DNA of 64,000 bases from Hemiscyllium ocellatum (taxonomy: Eukaryota). The stretch lies in the NCBI RefSeq assembly GCF_020745735.1, contig NC_083409.1, positions 10,157,534 to 10,221,533 on the forward strand, given 5' to 3'. Each line of letters opens with the position of its first letter. Position 1 is the first letter of the stretch. Below the pieces are notes generated by a model. It was not told the origin of the DNA. It did not search any database and saw nothing but the letters and a program-made list of their open reading frames with translations. Shown here piece by piece: positions 24,166-37,150 of this stretch. Made by a program: the position numbers and the translations under genes.

Positions 24166-24776
24166 GAAATGGCCAGAGCTGAAGCCTCAGGGAAAGGGTG
24201 TGTGAATTGAAACCCTCCACCATCAAGGCACGGAACAGGAGGGGGAGAATAGAGAGGGCAATGGGGTCCCTGGAGCAGGAGGGCAATACTACAGTTAGGG
24301 ACAGAAGGGCACTTTCAGCAGGAATGCAGGGCCCTGAGAAAATCATCCCCAATAAATGGGAAAAAGAAGAAAGGTATGTTGGCTTCAGAAAGATTGAAGA
24401 ATCATGTTGAGAGTGAGCTGAACTCAGAGTGTAGATGGGAAAGGTCCAAACCCAGAGTGGGGAGGGTACCTTTCACTCCATAACCCCCCATCCACCATGG
24501 CGGTGCTCTGAAGGGGCAGTACCCATCCTGAATACCTGTGCCTGATGGTGTACGGTGAATGGGGAAGAACCTGTGTCCATACATGCGTCCATCAAAACCA
24601 CTGGGATCAGCACCCTCCAGTGGAGAGCGAACTGAAGAGTTTCATGGGGGGGGGGGGTCTCTGTGATGGGAGGGCTAACAAAACCCTGGAGTGTAAGGGT
24701 GGGCTCTCTGCTAGTCTATCCGAACATAATGGAGTGAACTCACTCGGAGTGTTCAGAGCAGATTGGCTCATTTCTG

Positions 24777-25200
24777 ATGGAATGGCCGTGGGTCTTTACA
24801 CAGTTGGTCATTTCGAATGTGCCCTGGTCCATATCGGTGCAGGGAGGACTGATGACCAGGACAAGTTCACCTTCACATTTAAAGACCAACAATATTGATG
24901 GAGCTGTCTGCTCCAAGGGTTCCCCAATAGTCCCTCCATCTTCCAGCAGAGCATGGCACAAGGCTGTGAGAGTTCAGGTCAGCTCCCCCAGAGAATTTGG
25001 ACAGTGTGTGTTTGACTTGCTGCTGTTTGTGTGAACTGAGGAGGATGTCAGAATTCCCAGGTTTTGCTCGGAGGGATCCAGATGTTGATCCCTTTCCTGG
25101 AACAGCAGGTGAAAAGCTGCTGCATTACTCAGGCTCCTTGATGCCGCACACCATCAAAGAGGCCTTGATGTCAAGTGCTGTCACTCTGCCCTCACCTCAC
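24777..25200 (+). mobile_element. Decayed retrovirus-like/LTR-element reverse transcriptase fragment
   Basis: Across two frames: WVFTQLVISNVPWSISV (cf. LDISNGFWSIPV), DQDKFTFTFKDQQY*WSCLLQGFPNSPSIFQQ (cf. FAFTFxGQQYTWTxLPQGFxNSPxIF) and GQCVFDLLLF (cf. QYVDDLLL). Confidence 0.8.
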
Positions 25201-25739
25201 TCGCATGGTCAGGGAGAGCTCAGTCCACTGACTCACATTTATCTGAATGAATTCCACTTGTTACTGATCAGCCCATCTGTCCGTCCCAGCCCGTCTATAT
25301 CCTCATGTTGTCTTGTACTGCTTCGGGACACCCCCATTCGGGAAGGTCAATAAATGGAAAGCACTAAAACTTTAATTCAGATACTGAAGACAATTACTGG
25401 TTTAATAGAGGGATGGGTATCTTCCATTTGTAAGTGGGATCTATATTTCTTTATTAAATTAAAATGACTCAGATTAAATACATCTCTTGGGAATGTATAA
25501 ATCTACAACAACTCCCACACAGGGTGTTGGGATTGGAGACTGTGTTGAAATAATTGGTGACACATCAGGGAGGTGCAGAGATACCTGGAGATCTTGTTCC
25601 TGAAGGATGTTATAAGCCTCAGGACCAGGCAATCCAATTCCATGTGTAGGAAGGGGCAGGAGGGTATGACAATGAGGAGGGCAGGTAAGGATTTGGAGAG
25701 CACTGTAGGACAGGAAAACCCCTCACTCTTGCTGTAGTT

Positions 25740-26920
25740 GTGGGTATGCTCACCGAGCTGGGAAGTTGATTTGTAGACATTTTGTCCCCTGTCTCAGTGA
25801 CACCTTCAGAGCTTTGGAGCTTCCTGTGAAGTGCTGTTGTGCTGTGTCTTCTGGAATTTATTTGGTGTCATTCCTGCTGTTTCCGGTTGCTGGTTTGGAA
25901 ATGTTCATTTCAGTGGTCGGTATACTGGCTCTCGGTCAATGTGTTTATTGACGGAGCCCATGGATAAGTGACATGCCTCTAGAAATTCTCTGGCTGCCCT
26001 CTGTTGAGCTTGTCCTATGATCATAGTGTTGGCCCAATCGAATTTGTGGTCCTTGTCATCTGTGTGTATAGCTACTAGGGACAGCTGCTCATGGGGTTTA
26101 GTGGCTCTTTGGTGTTCATGGGTGTGGATGGCTAGTTGTCTGGCTGTGTGTCCTGTGTGTTTCATGCAGGCTTTGCATGGAATCTTGTAAACTACATTTG
26201 TCTTTCACATGATTAGATTTGGGTCTTTTGTTCTCATGCGTTGTTGTCTGAGCGTGGCTGTCAGTTTCAGGGCAGTTTGAGTGATTAGATTTCCTACAGT
26301 GTGGAAACAGGCCCTCCGGCCCAACAATCCACACCGACCCTCAAAAGAGTAATCCACCCAGACCCAGTCCCCTACCCAATATTGACCCTGGCTAATGCAC
26401 CTAGCACTAGGGGCAATTTAACATGGCCAATTCACCTGACCTGCACATTTTTGGATTGTGGGAGGAAACCAGAGCACCCAGAGGAAATCAGTGCAGACAC
26501 GAGGAGAATGTACAAACTCCACACAGACAGTTGCCCGATGTGGAAATTGAAATCAGATCCATGCCACTGTGAGACAATAGTGTTAACCACTGAGCCACTG
26601 CTCCATGGTTGGACAAGTCTGGCTGTCAGTTCTGTGGCGTTTTGTTTTATATACGGTAGCGTGGCTAGGAGTTATGTTGTAGCACGTCCTCATCGTGTTG
26701 TTTGTCTGTTAGGTATCTGCGAATGAAGTTGCAGGAAAATCCATTCTTGGTAAAGACTTTGTAGAAGTGTTCTTCTCTTCACAGGTCGGGAGTGCTGCAG
26801 TGTGTTGTAGCCCTATTGAACAGGGGCCTAATGCAGCTTCTCCTGTGTGTGTTCGGGTGGTTGCTGTTGTAGTTCAGGATCTGGCTTTTCTGTCCACTTT
26901 TGTTGTGCATTCACCATTCT
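25740..26920 (-). mobile_element. Penelope-like element 3' portion (GIY-YIG region and terminal repeat), interrupted by a V-SINE
   Basis: ORF 25905-26165 (RQLAIHTHEHQRA...HKFDWANTMIIGQAQQRAAREFLEA). An upstream ATLPYIK-like segment lies at ~26620-26680. Same family as 52856-53170. Confidence 0.82.
26275..26605 (-). mobile_element. HE1-like V-SINE
   Basis: Reverse complement of the V-SINE head, core and tail (gtgttaaccactgagccactg...cctacagtgtggaaacaggccc). Confidence 0.88.
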
Positions 26921-29900
26921 GTGATGGATGAGAATGTGGCATTGGAAGCAAAATCACATCAGCCATGGTCCATTTCATTGGTTGAGAAGTCTTGACGGAT
27001 TGAATGGCCTAATTCAGCCTCTAATTTTCTCTGTACCCACTCGTACACACTCTCTGTGTGAAAGATTTCTTCAACGCTTCACCCTTCCTCATTCATGTCT
27101 TAACCCTGAGCTCTCATTGTTGCTGGGAAATTTGAGAAGCAGATATATTCACTTGCTCATTCATTCTCTTCTCAGCCTCTCTTTATCTCCTGAAACTCCA
27201 CTCAACACCAATCTGCTGGGTCAGGAGCAAGGCTCTCAGCTCAATGAATAAAGGAACCTTTTCTAGCACCAAGCTGGTGACAGTCAGCTGGAGAATAATG
27301 TTCCATTGCACATGCCTTCTTCAAAAACCAAGGTGTTCAGCTATTCTGTACATCCACGTTCACTCCTGAGGGGATCAGGCAGAGAGGAAGAGTCAGTGCA
27401 GCCATTGTGCAACATCCAGTGTCGAGTTGTCCCATTTCCAATCCCACTGCAATGTCATTGTCTGCCCTGACATCAAGCAGATGCTCCCATCTCAAGAGGC
27501 CCCATGGCCCTGAGGACTGTGAGAGTGAGCCCTGTCCATTCAGATCGATCATCAAGCTCCAGCCTTCCTGATGTGGTGGCAGCCAGGAGAACCCTGCCCA
27601 TGGGAGATTCCACACACACTCCCTCCCTCCCTGCAGGGAAAGATGATTCCATGGCCCTGCTTTCTCTCCAAACTGATCTGAATTTGAGTGTTGCTGAAAA
27701 AAGAGACATTTTGTCGAAGCGTTTGTCTTGCACACATCAGGGCAATTTGCAAGAAATAGCACAGCAAAGGCAAACACCATGTAGACTGGAGACCCCAGCG
27801 GGTCAGGCATCATCCATGGAGAGAAAGCAAGGCAAAATGAAATGTTTTCATAAAAAGGACTTTCTCTCACTCAAGTTCCAGATTCTCAAATGACTATTTG
27901 ATCCTGATTTCCTCTTTTGCTTTAGACCTGTTTAAATTCTAAAAATCATTCTGTCCTTTTTTGAATGGAGCATTCAGTTTATACATCATTCATCATTAAA
28001 TTCCAATAACTGCATCAAAATATTTTTCCTGATTTCCTTTCTGTACTTGGTATATGACTGGAGAATGTGTCATTTTGCCGGTCAGTTTGTATGCTCTGAT
28101 GGTTAATATATATATTTTGTGTTCCTTTGTATAAGAATTTTTGAACATCAGAATACCCCCTCTCCACTGTCGAGATTCTGTTCTGGCCTTCATAGAAACA
28201 TGCAATTGAGGAATCCCTTCAGTGTGGAAGCAGGCCACACAGCCCAACAAGCTCATACTGACACTTTGAAGCCCATCCCACTCAGACCCACACCTCCCCT
28301 ACCCTATACCTGTAACCCTGTATTTTCCGTGGCATTTTCCATTTGCTAGCCTGCATATCTCTTAGACATAATGAGTAATTTAGCACGGCCAATCCCCCAA
28401 CCTACACATCTTCTCTCAGTTTTGCAAATGAAACATCAGCTTTGATTTTTACGCTTTGGGCTAGATTTAATATAGTTGGAAACATGACTCTAGGCAAACT
28501 TAATCATTCCAGTGGCCCATTTCAATGCCCCCAATGGCAGAAAATCTCTCCCAATGAATATCAGGATAGAAGTAATGAACTGGAATTCTCAGCCACCATT
28601 AGACAATATCAACTAGACTGAGCAGCCAATTGACCCCTAAATTACTGAATCTATCCTGATTATATGGCAGCTCAAGGATTAAATCGGCTTGGCTTTCCCA
28701 CAATGTGTCCAAACAATGGACCGAGCTTCAAATGATGTCCTCATGTTAAACTACCACCTCTGTCATGACCCACACCTGCCTTTAGTTGCATTTAGTCTGG
28801 GATTCCATAATAAGCCAAGGTCTCCAGTGATAGCCCTGACTCCAACAAGCATTGCTCTGCTCGCTTCCAACTGGGGACCTCCCCAGGAACCAAAAGGAGC
28901 TCCCGGCAGTTCTGTCACTGATGGGTGAGATCGTTGTTGACCCACCTTAGAGTGGACTGAACTCAAACCTTTCTGACTCCATGGAAGGAGTTCTACCAAC
29001 TTAGCCAAGGCTGATACTTTAAAAAATCATAAAATCTGTCAATAATTAGCACTGCCTTTGTGCAAGATCAGAGTTTTGAGGTTTTAACGTGTTCTTTTGG
29101 AATGCAATGAAGCGTTACCATGGAGAATGTTGCTGCAGGACAAGAACAGCCAAATCTGCCCAAAACATCACCGCAATAATTAATCCATCACCATCCAGTT
29201 GAATGCTTTCTAGCATTACATTCCCTTTATTATTCCTCTTTTTTTCCGGTTATTAAATGCCTTTTAAAATAGTACACACATGGGAACACCGCCACCTGCA
29301 GGATTTTCCCCAAACAGTTCATCGTCCTGATTAAGAAATATATCCCTGTTCCTTCACTGTCACTGGGTTATTATCAGGGAATTCTCTCTCTCAGGGCATT
29401 CTGGGTCTACCTACAGCACATGGCTGCAGCGGGTTCTGGCAGGCAGCTCCTTACCACGTTCAAAGAAAATGAGGGACAGGCAGGAAATGCTGCCAGCCAG
29501 CAGTGCCCATGTCCCAACAGAGAATAAAACATGGATAGGTTTTGTTTTAACAGCCGGTGGCAGAAAATAGCAAATTCTTACCACCTTCTGTGTAAAGAAA
29601 TAAAACCTTGTGACCGAGATCCCCTGTCCCTGTCCCATTATGTATTGTTCCTCAAAGCAGCCCCTAATTGTGCACCATATTTTAGACGTGACCTAACCAT
29701 TCTTCAGGACAGCTGCCATGGTCACTCTCCCCTCCATCTCCTCACTCTCAATATTCAATCCAAAATCACATTGACCTTTATGTTTCTGATATCGTTTCCA
29801 ATTTAAAGGAGACATGTCACTTGACATCCTTTCTTGCGAGCTGCAGTGTTGTTTATAATATAAACAGCCCTTCAACCTTTATCGTTCTCAGAGGAGTTAC

Positions 29901-31418
29901 AACCGGGAAAACCCCTTGCAGCTCTCAGTGGATAAATTCAGTTAGTCCCGTTTCTCTGCTCTATCTCAATAGCTTCCCTTTCTGTGTGACTGTGTTTCTG
30001 GTGTGTTCAACAATATCTGACACTTGCCTGCCTAATGCTCTTACACCCACTGATACCTGTTGAGGTCTCCCAGATAAGTTGCTGCTCTTTGCAGTTTGGT
30101 GATCCGCTTTGATAGCCGTGTGTTCGGTCTTTTGAGTGTAATTCATTTTGTGTCTAAGCCCAGTGTCAATCCGAAGGACACTCCACCTTTCAGTCTGACA
30201 AACCAGGGTCACCCATGTCATGGCTCTATTTCCAGCCTGGGCTCCAGTCTTCCAAAGAGACGAATTCAAGCCTCACCAGTTTGATCATTTGAAGTGTTTC
30301 TCGTTTATTTTTATTTCTCCTGGGATGGGCGGGCACAAAAGTGGCTGCTATTTGTTGCCCTTCCCTAATTGTCCTGGAGAGGGCAGTGACGAACCATGTA
30401 ATATCTGGGAAGGAAGGCGCTGGGATCTGAACAAAAAAACCCATGCAACTCAATGTCATGTTCATGAATGTAGTTTGGACAAGGGAACCCAGTCATCACC
30501 CGGTCTGTGACTCCAGTCCCACAGTGACGCGATTCATTCTTAACGACCCCATGATTTGGTTCAGAACTCAGTCCCAGTATCTGGAGATGAGCAATAAATT
30601 TGAGGTTTAATTTGCAATAGTTTATAAAATAGTTCACTTTAAAAAACTATTTAAATAGTTAAATTGATGTTAATCTGAGTGTACAAGGCATAATTTCAAA
30701 ATTTGCTGATGGTATGAAACTTGGATGTATTATGGATCATGAAGAAGATAGTGTCTAACTTCAATATATATATGTAAGTGAATGGAATGAGCAGATGGTT
30801 GCGGATAAATTTTCATGGAAAGAGCTGTCACTGATTTATTTTGGAAGGAAAATATGGAGAAACAAACAAAATAAAGGGAACAAATATGGGTGGGTGTAGA
30901 GGCAGTAGGACCTGGATGTTTATGTGCATCAGTCACTGAAGGTGGCAGGATAGACTGCTGTTCTCATGAGAGAGCAGCTGATTAAAACAGATGCCATATC
31001 AACATGAGCATAGAATGCAGCATGGATGTGAAAAGAATGCTTTCTTTTCAGGGAGAATATAAAACTAAAATAAGTTCCCTCAGTTAAGACCGCGATAAGC
31101 AGGGTTCCTTTCTTGCTTAAGGTTATAGATCTTTGGAACTCTTCTTCAAACATAGAAATGAAACCTCTGAATGCTGGTAGTGAAGAAGTAGATAGCCATT
31201 GCTTATCATAAATCTATTGGAGTGAGGCAAGATTGTGGAATAATCAGGTCAGCCATGGGGAACAGGCTCAAGAGGATGAATCTCCTCCATTTTTGTCCCT
31301 AATTTGTATGATCGTGTGTCCAGTTCCACCGTTGAAAGAACAACGCCTTAAAGTTTGTGGTTTTCAATAAAGCAGCTGAAGTGGCTACTGCTTTGTGTGG
31401 GCGCGAATAGAAGGGGAC

Positions 31419-31474
31419 TTTACCCATAATCCTCAGTACCCGTGCAAGCGCTCTCTCGCCACTAGAGGGCAGCT
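31419..31474 (+). promoter_or_regulatory. Candidate CTCF site (CCACTAGAGGGCAG, 31459-31472) with an adjacent ZNF143/Staf-like site (TTACCCATAATCCTC, ~31420-31434)
   Basis: By-eye match to the CTCF core CCASYAGRKGGCRS and to the SBS core in a locally CpG-richer unique sequence. No binding data. Confidence 0.5.
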
Positions 31475-31556
31475 GCTTCACTGTCCCTGATCAGTACAAC
31501 GTAAAGTGGGACTCTGCTTGGAGCGATCAGGCTCTATCTGTAGAGACCCATAGAGT

Positions 31557-31686
31557 TCCTGAAGAAGGGCTCATGCCCGAAACGTCAATTCTCCTGCTCC
31601 TTGGATGCTGCCTGACCTGCTTCGCTTTCCCAGCAACACATTTTCAGCTCTGATCTCCAGCATCTGCAGTCCTCACTTTCTCCTCC
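31557..31686 (+). mobile_element. 130-bp Penelope-terminal mini-element with a minimal hammerhead core, flanked by a 13-bp duplication
   Basis: CTGAAGA-A-GGGC(TCAT)GCCC-GAAAC-GTC at 31559-31586. Flanks agacccatagagt (31544-31556) and agacacatagagt (31687-31699). Confidence 0.82.
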
Positions 31687-34529
31687 AGACACATAGAGTG
31701 TACAGCTTTAGAAGAAGGGTACTTATCACACCACAATGAAAATATCCCCTGTGATAAGAAAAATACTTTGCTGTGACTTTTGTTTGTCTTCACTGTGTTG
31801 TTTTGTTCATTCTGTGATACACATAGACAATGTCATTACTGAGTGGCACAAAGTATATTTCCTCCTCTAACCCCTTCCCAAAACACCCTCTCCATCTTGC
31901 TTTACTCCTTATTGACACTTCTACAATTGTCCCTGTTCCCACACTCCGTCCCGGTCCCAGAGGGATTGATGGCCGGAGTTCATGACCCCGCACTGTGTGA
32001 AGGTTGGTGTGAAGTGAGGCCAGTGTGTTGGAGCTTGGGCTCCTGCCTCAGGCCCAGGTGTAGGGGCCTGTTCAACAATCTGCACATTGTCCTTTTTCTC
32101 TTTCTGACCATACTGGAGTTTTCAAGCTGCAGTAACTTGCTGGCAACAAGGTGTCTTGTCTAAAATGATCCCAGCACTGGGCAGATCTCTGCTGTTGATT
32201 TTTTTTTCTCTCTCTCAGGAGCCTGCTCTGTATTCAATGCCTGTTATCATTAGTTTGTTGGAGTTCATATGTCAGCTGCTGCTTCCTTGAATAGAACTGA
32301 AAAAAAGTCATCAATGCCTCTTGAGATTTAAATACTCCATCTTCATGAAAGTGGTTGGCAGACTTTTTAACATCATTTAACACTCCAATGATGTGAATGC
32401 ATCAATGTTATTTATGGCTGGGAGCATTTAAACTCATGGTGCTAGTTTTTAATGGATCCTCACTCGTGTTAATGCAGTTTGCAATGTGTTTCTCCCCTTT
32501 CGTGTTATTAAGAAGCTTGCAAACGTGTTATGATGTGGACAATGAAACTTCAACACTGTTTGACGGAGTGGGTGGCTGTTTGAATTCTCATCTCATTATC
32601 ATACAGCTTTCAAAGAAAATGCTGTAGTCTCTGAAATTAGATTGTACTCAGGTTTTATAGCATATTGTGTTTATATTTAATTTTGGAATGCCAATTTGTC
32701 ATAAAAATATCCTGTTCAGTTTTGTAGCTCAGTAGTATTTGTTCCCGAGATACTGGAAGTTTACACAACACTCCATTTGCCTGTGATCCAGTTGCTGGCC
32801 AAAGCCTCTGGTTGTTCGGTGAGTCCAAGCCATTGCCTTGCTCTCTGCAGTTATACCATCAACTTGGTTTCTCAGTGTGAGCCAGGAGATCACTGCATGG
32901 TGACTTCCTGTTCCACGGTCGGGTAAAGGCAAGTGGGAACTGTCGAGGTTAATCCCAACATGAACATCAAAATATTATATTCAGCTGGAACAACATCCAC
33001 TGACTAATTTCTTTGGCTGCCATTGCAGGAAAAGCAAATCCCTCCCTTTGCCGGCACAAAGAGAAAGTGCCCATCAGATTCCCTCGTGTGTGATGGTTTA
33101 GCCCAATAGGAGCAGTGCTGGTAGATCATGCTGTATCAACCTGGGCAGAAACCTGGGCAAACTCCAAATGAAAACATGTCCTTCAGTAGATCTGCTGCTA
33201 CACAAAATATTCAATTGGAATCCTTGTTCCCGAATCACCTCATCAAACCTAAATACAATTGAGAAAATATAAACCAAACCAATTTCCCAAGGACATATGT
33301 CACAACAAGAAAGCGAGGAGCAGACAGTTACTGTTCGCCTGTCTCTGGGGAGCGTCACTTCTCCTGTCTCCTCTCTCTTTGCGGGATATCATTTTTACCA
33401 TCCTTTCTATCTGAGAATATTATTGTTCCTGTTCCCACTCTCTTGGAGACAGTGTGTGGGTCTCATTTACTCTCATGAAATGTGTAATCCCTGCTTCACT
33501 ATGTGTGTGAGCCATGTGTGAAAGCCCAGCACAGCCAGCCCTTCACTTCAATCAGATCACAGGGTCCGAGGTTGGTTTGTAGTGTCTGGACCCAGACAAA
33601 AACACTGACTGACTGGATCACGATCAAGATAACCCAAATCAAGTCCCAGTGAGACTGCTGTTGACCTTCACCCTCAAAGCCCACTGAGGAGGTGGTTATT
33701 CGTCCCAGGGTTGTCATAGATTAAGTTCTCCCAGAGATTCATAATTCATTCTAGATTTTACACAAGTGTGTGATGTTTTCAGGCGACAGCTGGGAAGACA
33801 TGGAGATAAAATATAAAAGGAGACAGAATTATATGTGTGTTATACGTTCCTTGAACTTAGGATCTTTGGAAATATTTTACAGTCAACGGAATATTCCAAA
33901 GTCCAGACATTGTTTTAATGTGGGAACTGTGACAGCCTGGGCAAGGCAGATCTTTCCGCAGCACCACCCAGAGACTGGAGGCTGCTACTGCAGGCAGGCT
34001 CCAACCAGCTCTGCTGTGAGGGAAGGACACTGGAGCACACAAGGACATGAGAAATAGGAGCAGGAGGAAGCCTCCAATAGTTGCCCATCCTTTCTTAAAC
34101 ACAGGGACAAATACTCCAAATGCAGGCTCACTAACACCCTCGATAGTTTTAACAGGATTTCTCTACTCTTAACTTCCAACCCCCAGCAATAAAGATGAAA
34201 ATTCCATTCGCCTTCTCAATTACTTGCTGTACCTGTGTTTTTCTGCGTTTCATGCACAATACTACCCAGATCACTCTGTACTGCACTTTGTTGGAATCTC
34301 TCACATTTAAATTATAGTCGGCCTTTAGATTATTCCAACCCAATGCATGGTCTCACACTTTCTTACATTGAATTCTGTCCACTGTGGTTTAGTGTTTCAT
34401 TTCCAGTTTGGTCTTCTCTTTGTGATTAACTGTCTCAATGCATCTGTCTGTAGCACGTCCTATTCCCATTTGTTGATGGCCCTGACACTTGATGATCTAA
34501 CCCTTTCGTGCTGGTTCCATTCAATGACA

Positions 34530-37150
34530 GGCAGGAGGTTGGAAGAACACAGCAAGTCAGGCAGCTTGAGGCAGTGTAGAAGTTGATGTTTCAGGTGTAA
34601 CCCTTCTTCAGGAATGGGGTTAGGTGTCGAGAAAGCTGCAGACAAAGGGGGTAGTGGGGACAGGATGATGAAGTGAGGATAGGTGATGACAGGTAGATGG
34701 TACAACTTGGATGGTCAATGGGAGGAATGAATCCGGTAGGTGGCAGGCAGGAGTGGAAAGGAGCGAGAGGGGCTGGGAAGGGAATGGGGGAAGGGAAGAG
34801 TAGTTATTTGAAATTGGAGAACTTAATGTTGAGTCATCTGGGATGTAGGCTGCCCAGATGGAAGATGAGGTATTGTTCCTCCAATTTGTGGTTTGGTTCA
34901 TTGCGACAATGGAGGAGGCTGATGATGGTCATATCGGAAAGGGAATGGGAAGGGGAATTGAAATGGGTGGGGACTGAGAGGTCTGGTCGGCCCCTGCAGG
35001 CCTGGCTGAGATGCTCGGTGAAACATTCCCTAAGATTATATTTGGTCTTCCCGATATAGAGAAGACCACATCGCGGGCACCTGAAATAGGTTGGAGGAGA
35101 AGCAGGTGAACCTCTGTCTCATCTGGAAGGACTGTTTGGGGCCCTGGATGGAGGGGAGGGATTGGTGTACCAGCAGGCTTTGCATCTTTTTGGGTTGCAA
35201 GGGAAGGTTCCTGGGGGTTCGGGAGGGTAGGTGGGCAAGTGGCACAAACCAAGAATTGTCAAAGGCAACAGTCCTTGTGGATGGCAGCCAGGGGTGGGGA
35301 GAGGAAGATGTTCTTGGTGGTGTGGTCTAGTTGGAGTTGGTGGAAGTGTTCAAGGATGACGTGTTGCATATGAAGATTGGTAATAGTTGAGGGCAATGGA
35401 GACTCGGACTTTATTGCGTTTGGAGAGGGGGTGGTTTTAGAGCAATGGAATGGGAAATGGAGGTGGTGCAGTGAATGACAGAAGGAGGAAAAGCACTTTG
35501 TTCGTAACAGGTGGACATCTGTGATCAGTGGAATGTGTCCTCATCCGAGCAGATGGAGCGGAAGCAGTGGAATTGGGAGAATGGGATGGAGTTATTGGAT
35601 ACTGGTTGGGAGGAGGTGTAGTCCAGGTCATAATGGGAATCTGTGGGTTAGTCTGAAGATTATCCCCAGAATTGGAAATGGAGAGGTAAAGAAAGGGCAG
35701 GGATGTGTCTGAGATGGATGAAGTGAAGTTGAGGACAGGGCGGAAGTTGTGGGCAAAGTCAATGAACCACTCCAGTTCAGCCTGGGAGCAGGATGCCCTG
35801 CACTGATGTAATCACTGATGTAATTATAGAAGAGTTGGGGCACAGTGCCTGTGTAGTCACTGAAGAGGGACTGGTCAACATAGCTCAACCAGGTGCCCAT
35901 GGCGACCCCCTGGACCAGTTTGGCAAGGTGGAGGAATGTATTGGTGGAGGGGGACTGGATGGGTCTGTTGCAGAGGTAAAGGTGTTGGGCCTGGAGACCA
36001 TCCTTGTGGGTAATGGACATATGTAAGGACTGCACATCCATCGTGGAGATAAAGTACTTAGGGATGGGGAACTGGAGGTTACTGAAGAGATGGAGGGCAT
36101 GGTTGGTGTAGCTAATGTAAGTGGGCAGTGCCTGAACCAAGGAGGAGAGTTGAAGTAGGATGAGAGGAGTTCGGTGGGCTAGGGGCATGCTGAGACGAAG
36201 GGTCAGCTGGATAGTTGGGCATGTGGATCTTGGGGAGCAGGTGGAACTGGGCAATGCAGGGCTGGGGGACTATGAGGTTGGAGACAGTGGATGGGAGATC
36301 ACTGGAGGCAATGGAGGCACTGACAGTTGTGAGTGATTTTGACCTGATGGGTCACGGTGGGGTTGCGGGCAAAGGGGAGGTAGGACATGGTGTCTGAGAA
36401 TTGGGGTTCGGCCTTTGTGAAATTTAGGTCAGTTGTCCAGACTAACACCACCCCACCTTTCTCAGCAGGTTTGATGGTGAACTAGGGGTTGGCGCAGAGA
36501 GAGTGGAGTGCGCAATCAGAAGGGGTGTGGTTGGAATGAGTGAGAGGAGAAATTGAGGTGACTGATGGCACATCAATAGTCAGCAATGATGAGGTCTCGG
36601 GTGTGTACACAGCTGGTGGTGGGAGGTGGGAGGGGTGACCAAGTGGAGGAGGAAGGTTGGCGGTGAGAGAAGTGGTCTTCAGAGGGAGTTTGGGAGTTTT
36701 TATTAAAGAAGAAGACACGGAAGTCGAGGCTGCGGAAGAAGAGCTCCGCATTGTGGTGAGTGTGGGACTTTTTGAGGTGGGGTCAGGCGGGAATGACTGT
36801 GAGTCCTTTCCTGAGAATAGACCTCTTGGCTTCAGAAAGTTCGTGCTTGGGGGGATAGTAAATATAGGGCAAGGCTCAGGGGTGAGGTTTTGGGGGGGGC
36901 CCAAGTTGGCTGAAGGATGGGCAGGGGGGAGGGTGATGGCATGTGGTGGGTGAGGGTTGGTTTTGATGTTGCATGGGGGAATGGGTGTGGGAGAGAAAAG
37001 AGATTGGGATGGAGATGGGTTGTGGAGTGAGATGAGGGAGTGGAAAGGTGGGGATGAGGTGAAGAGGGAGAAGTGGAGGGATAGGGTGCACTGTGGGGGT
37101 GGATGGGTGAGGAGGGAGAGCGAGTGTGCTGGTTGGCTGCAGGTAGGCAA
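34530..37150 (-). mobile_element. Penelope-like retroelement, decayed (RT, GIY-YIG endonuclease, terminal repeat with hammerhead motif)
   Basis: ORF 35628-36254 (STMDVQSLHMSITHKDGL, QGVAMGT). GIY-YIG remnant (FQMRQRFTC...RCGLLYIG) at ~34980-35120. Hammerhead-like core at 34585-34611. Confidence 0.88.

Noticed and set aside
27337-27893. Overlapping 177-aa and 129-aa ORFs
   Set aside because: No recognisable motifs or supported splice structure. Part of the region is repeat-like sequence shared with 21130-21250.
32195-32300. Very strong polypyrimidine tract and AG (possible exon acceptor)
   Set aside because: No open frame or partner donor could be identified. Transcript data would be needed.
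36482-37150. 222-aa Pro/Ser-rich ORF
   Set aside because: It is low-complexity upstream sequence of the decayed Penelope element, not a host gene.
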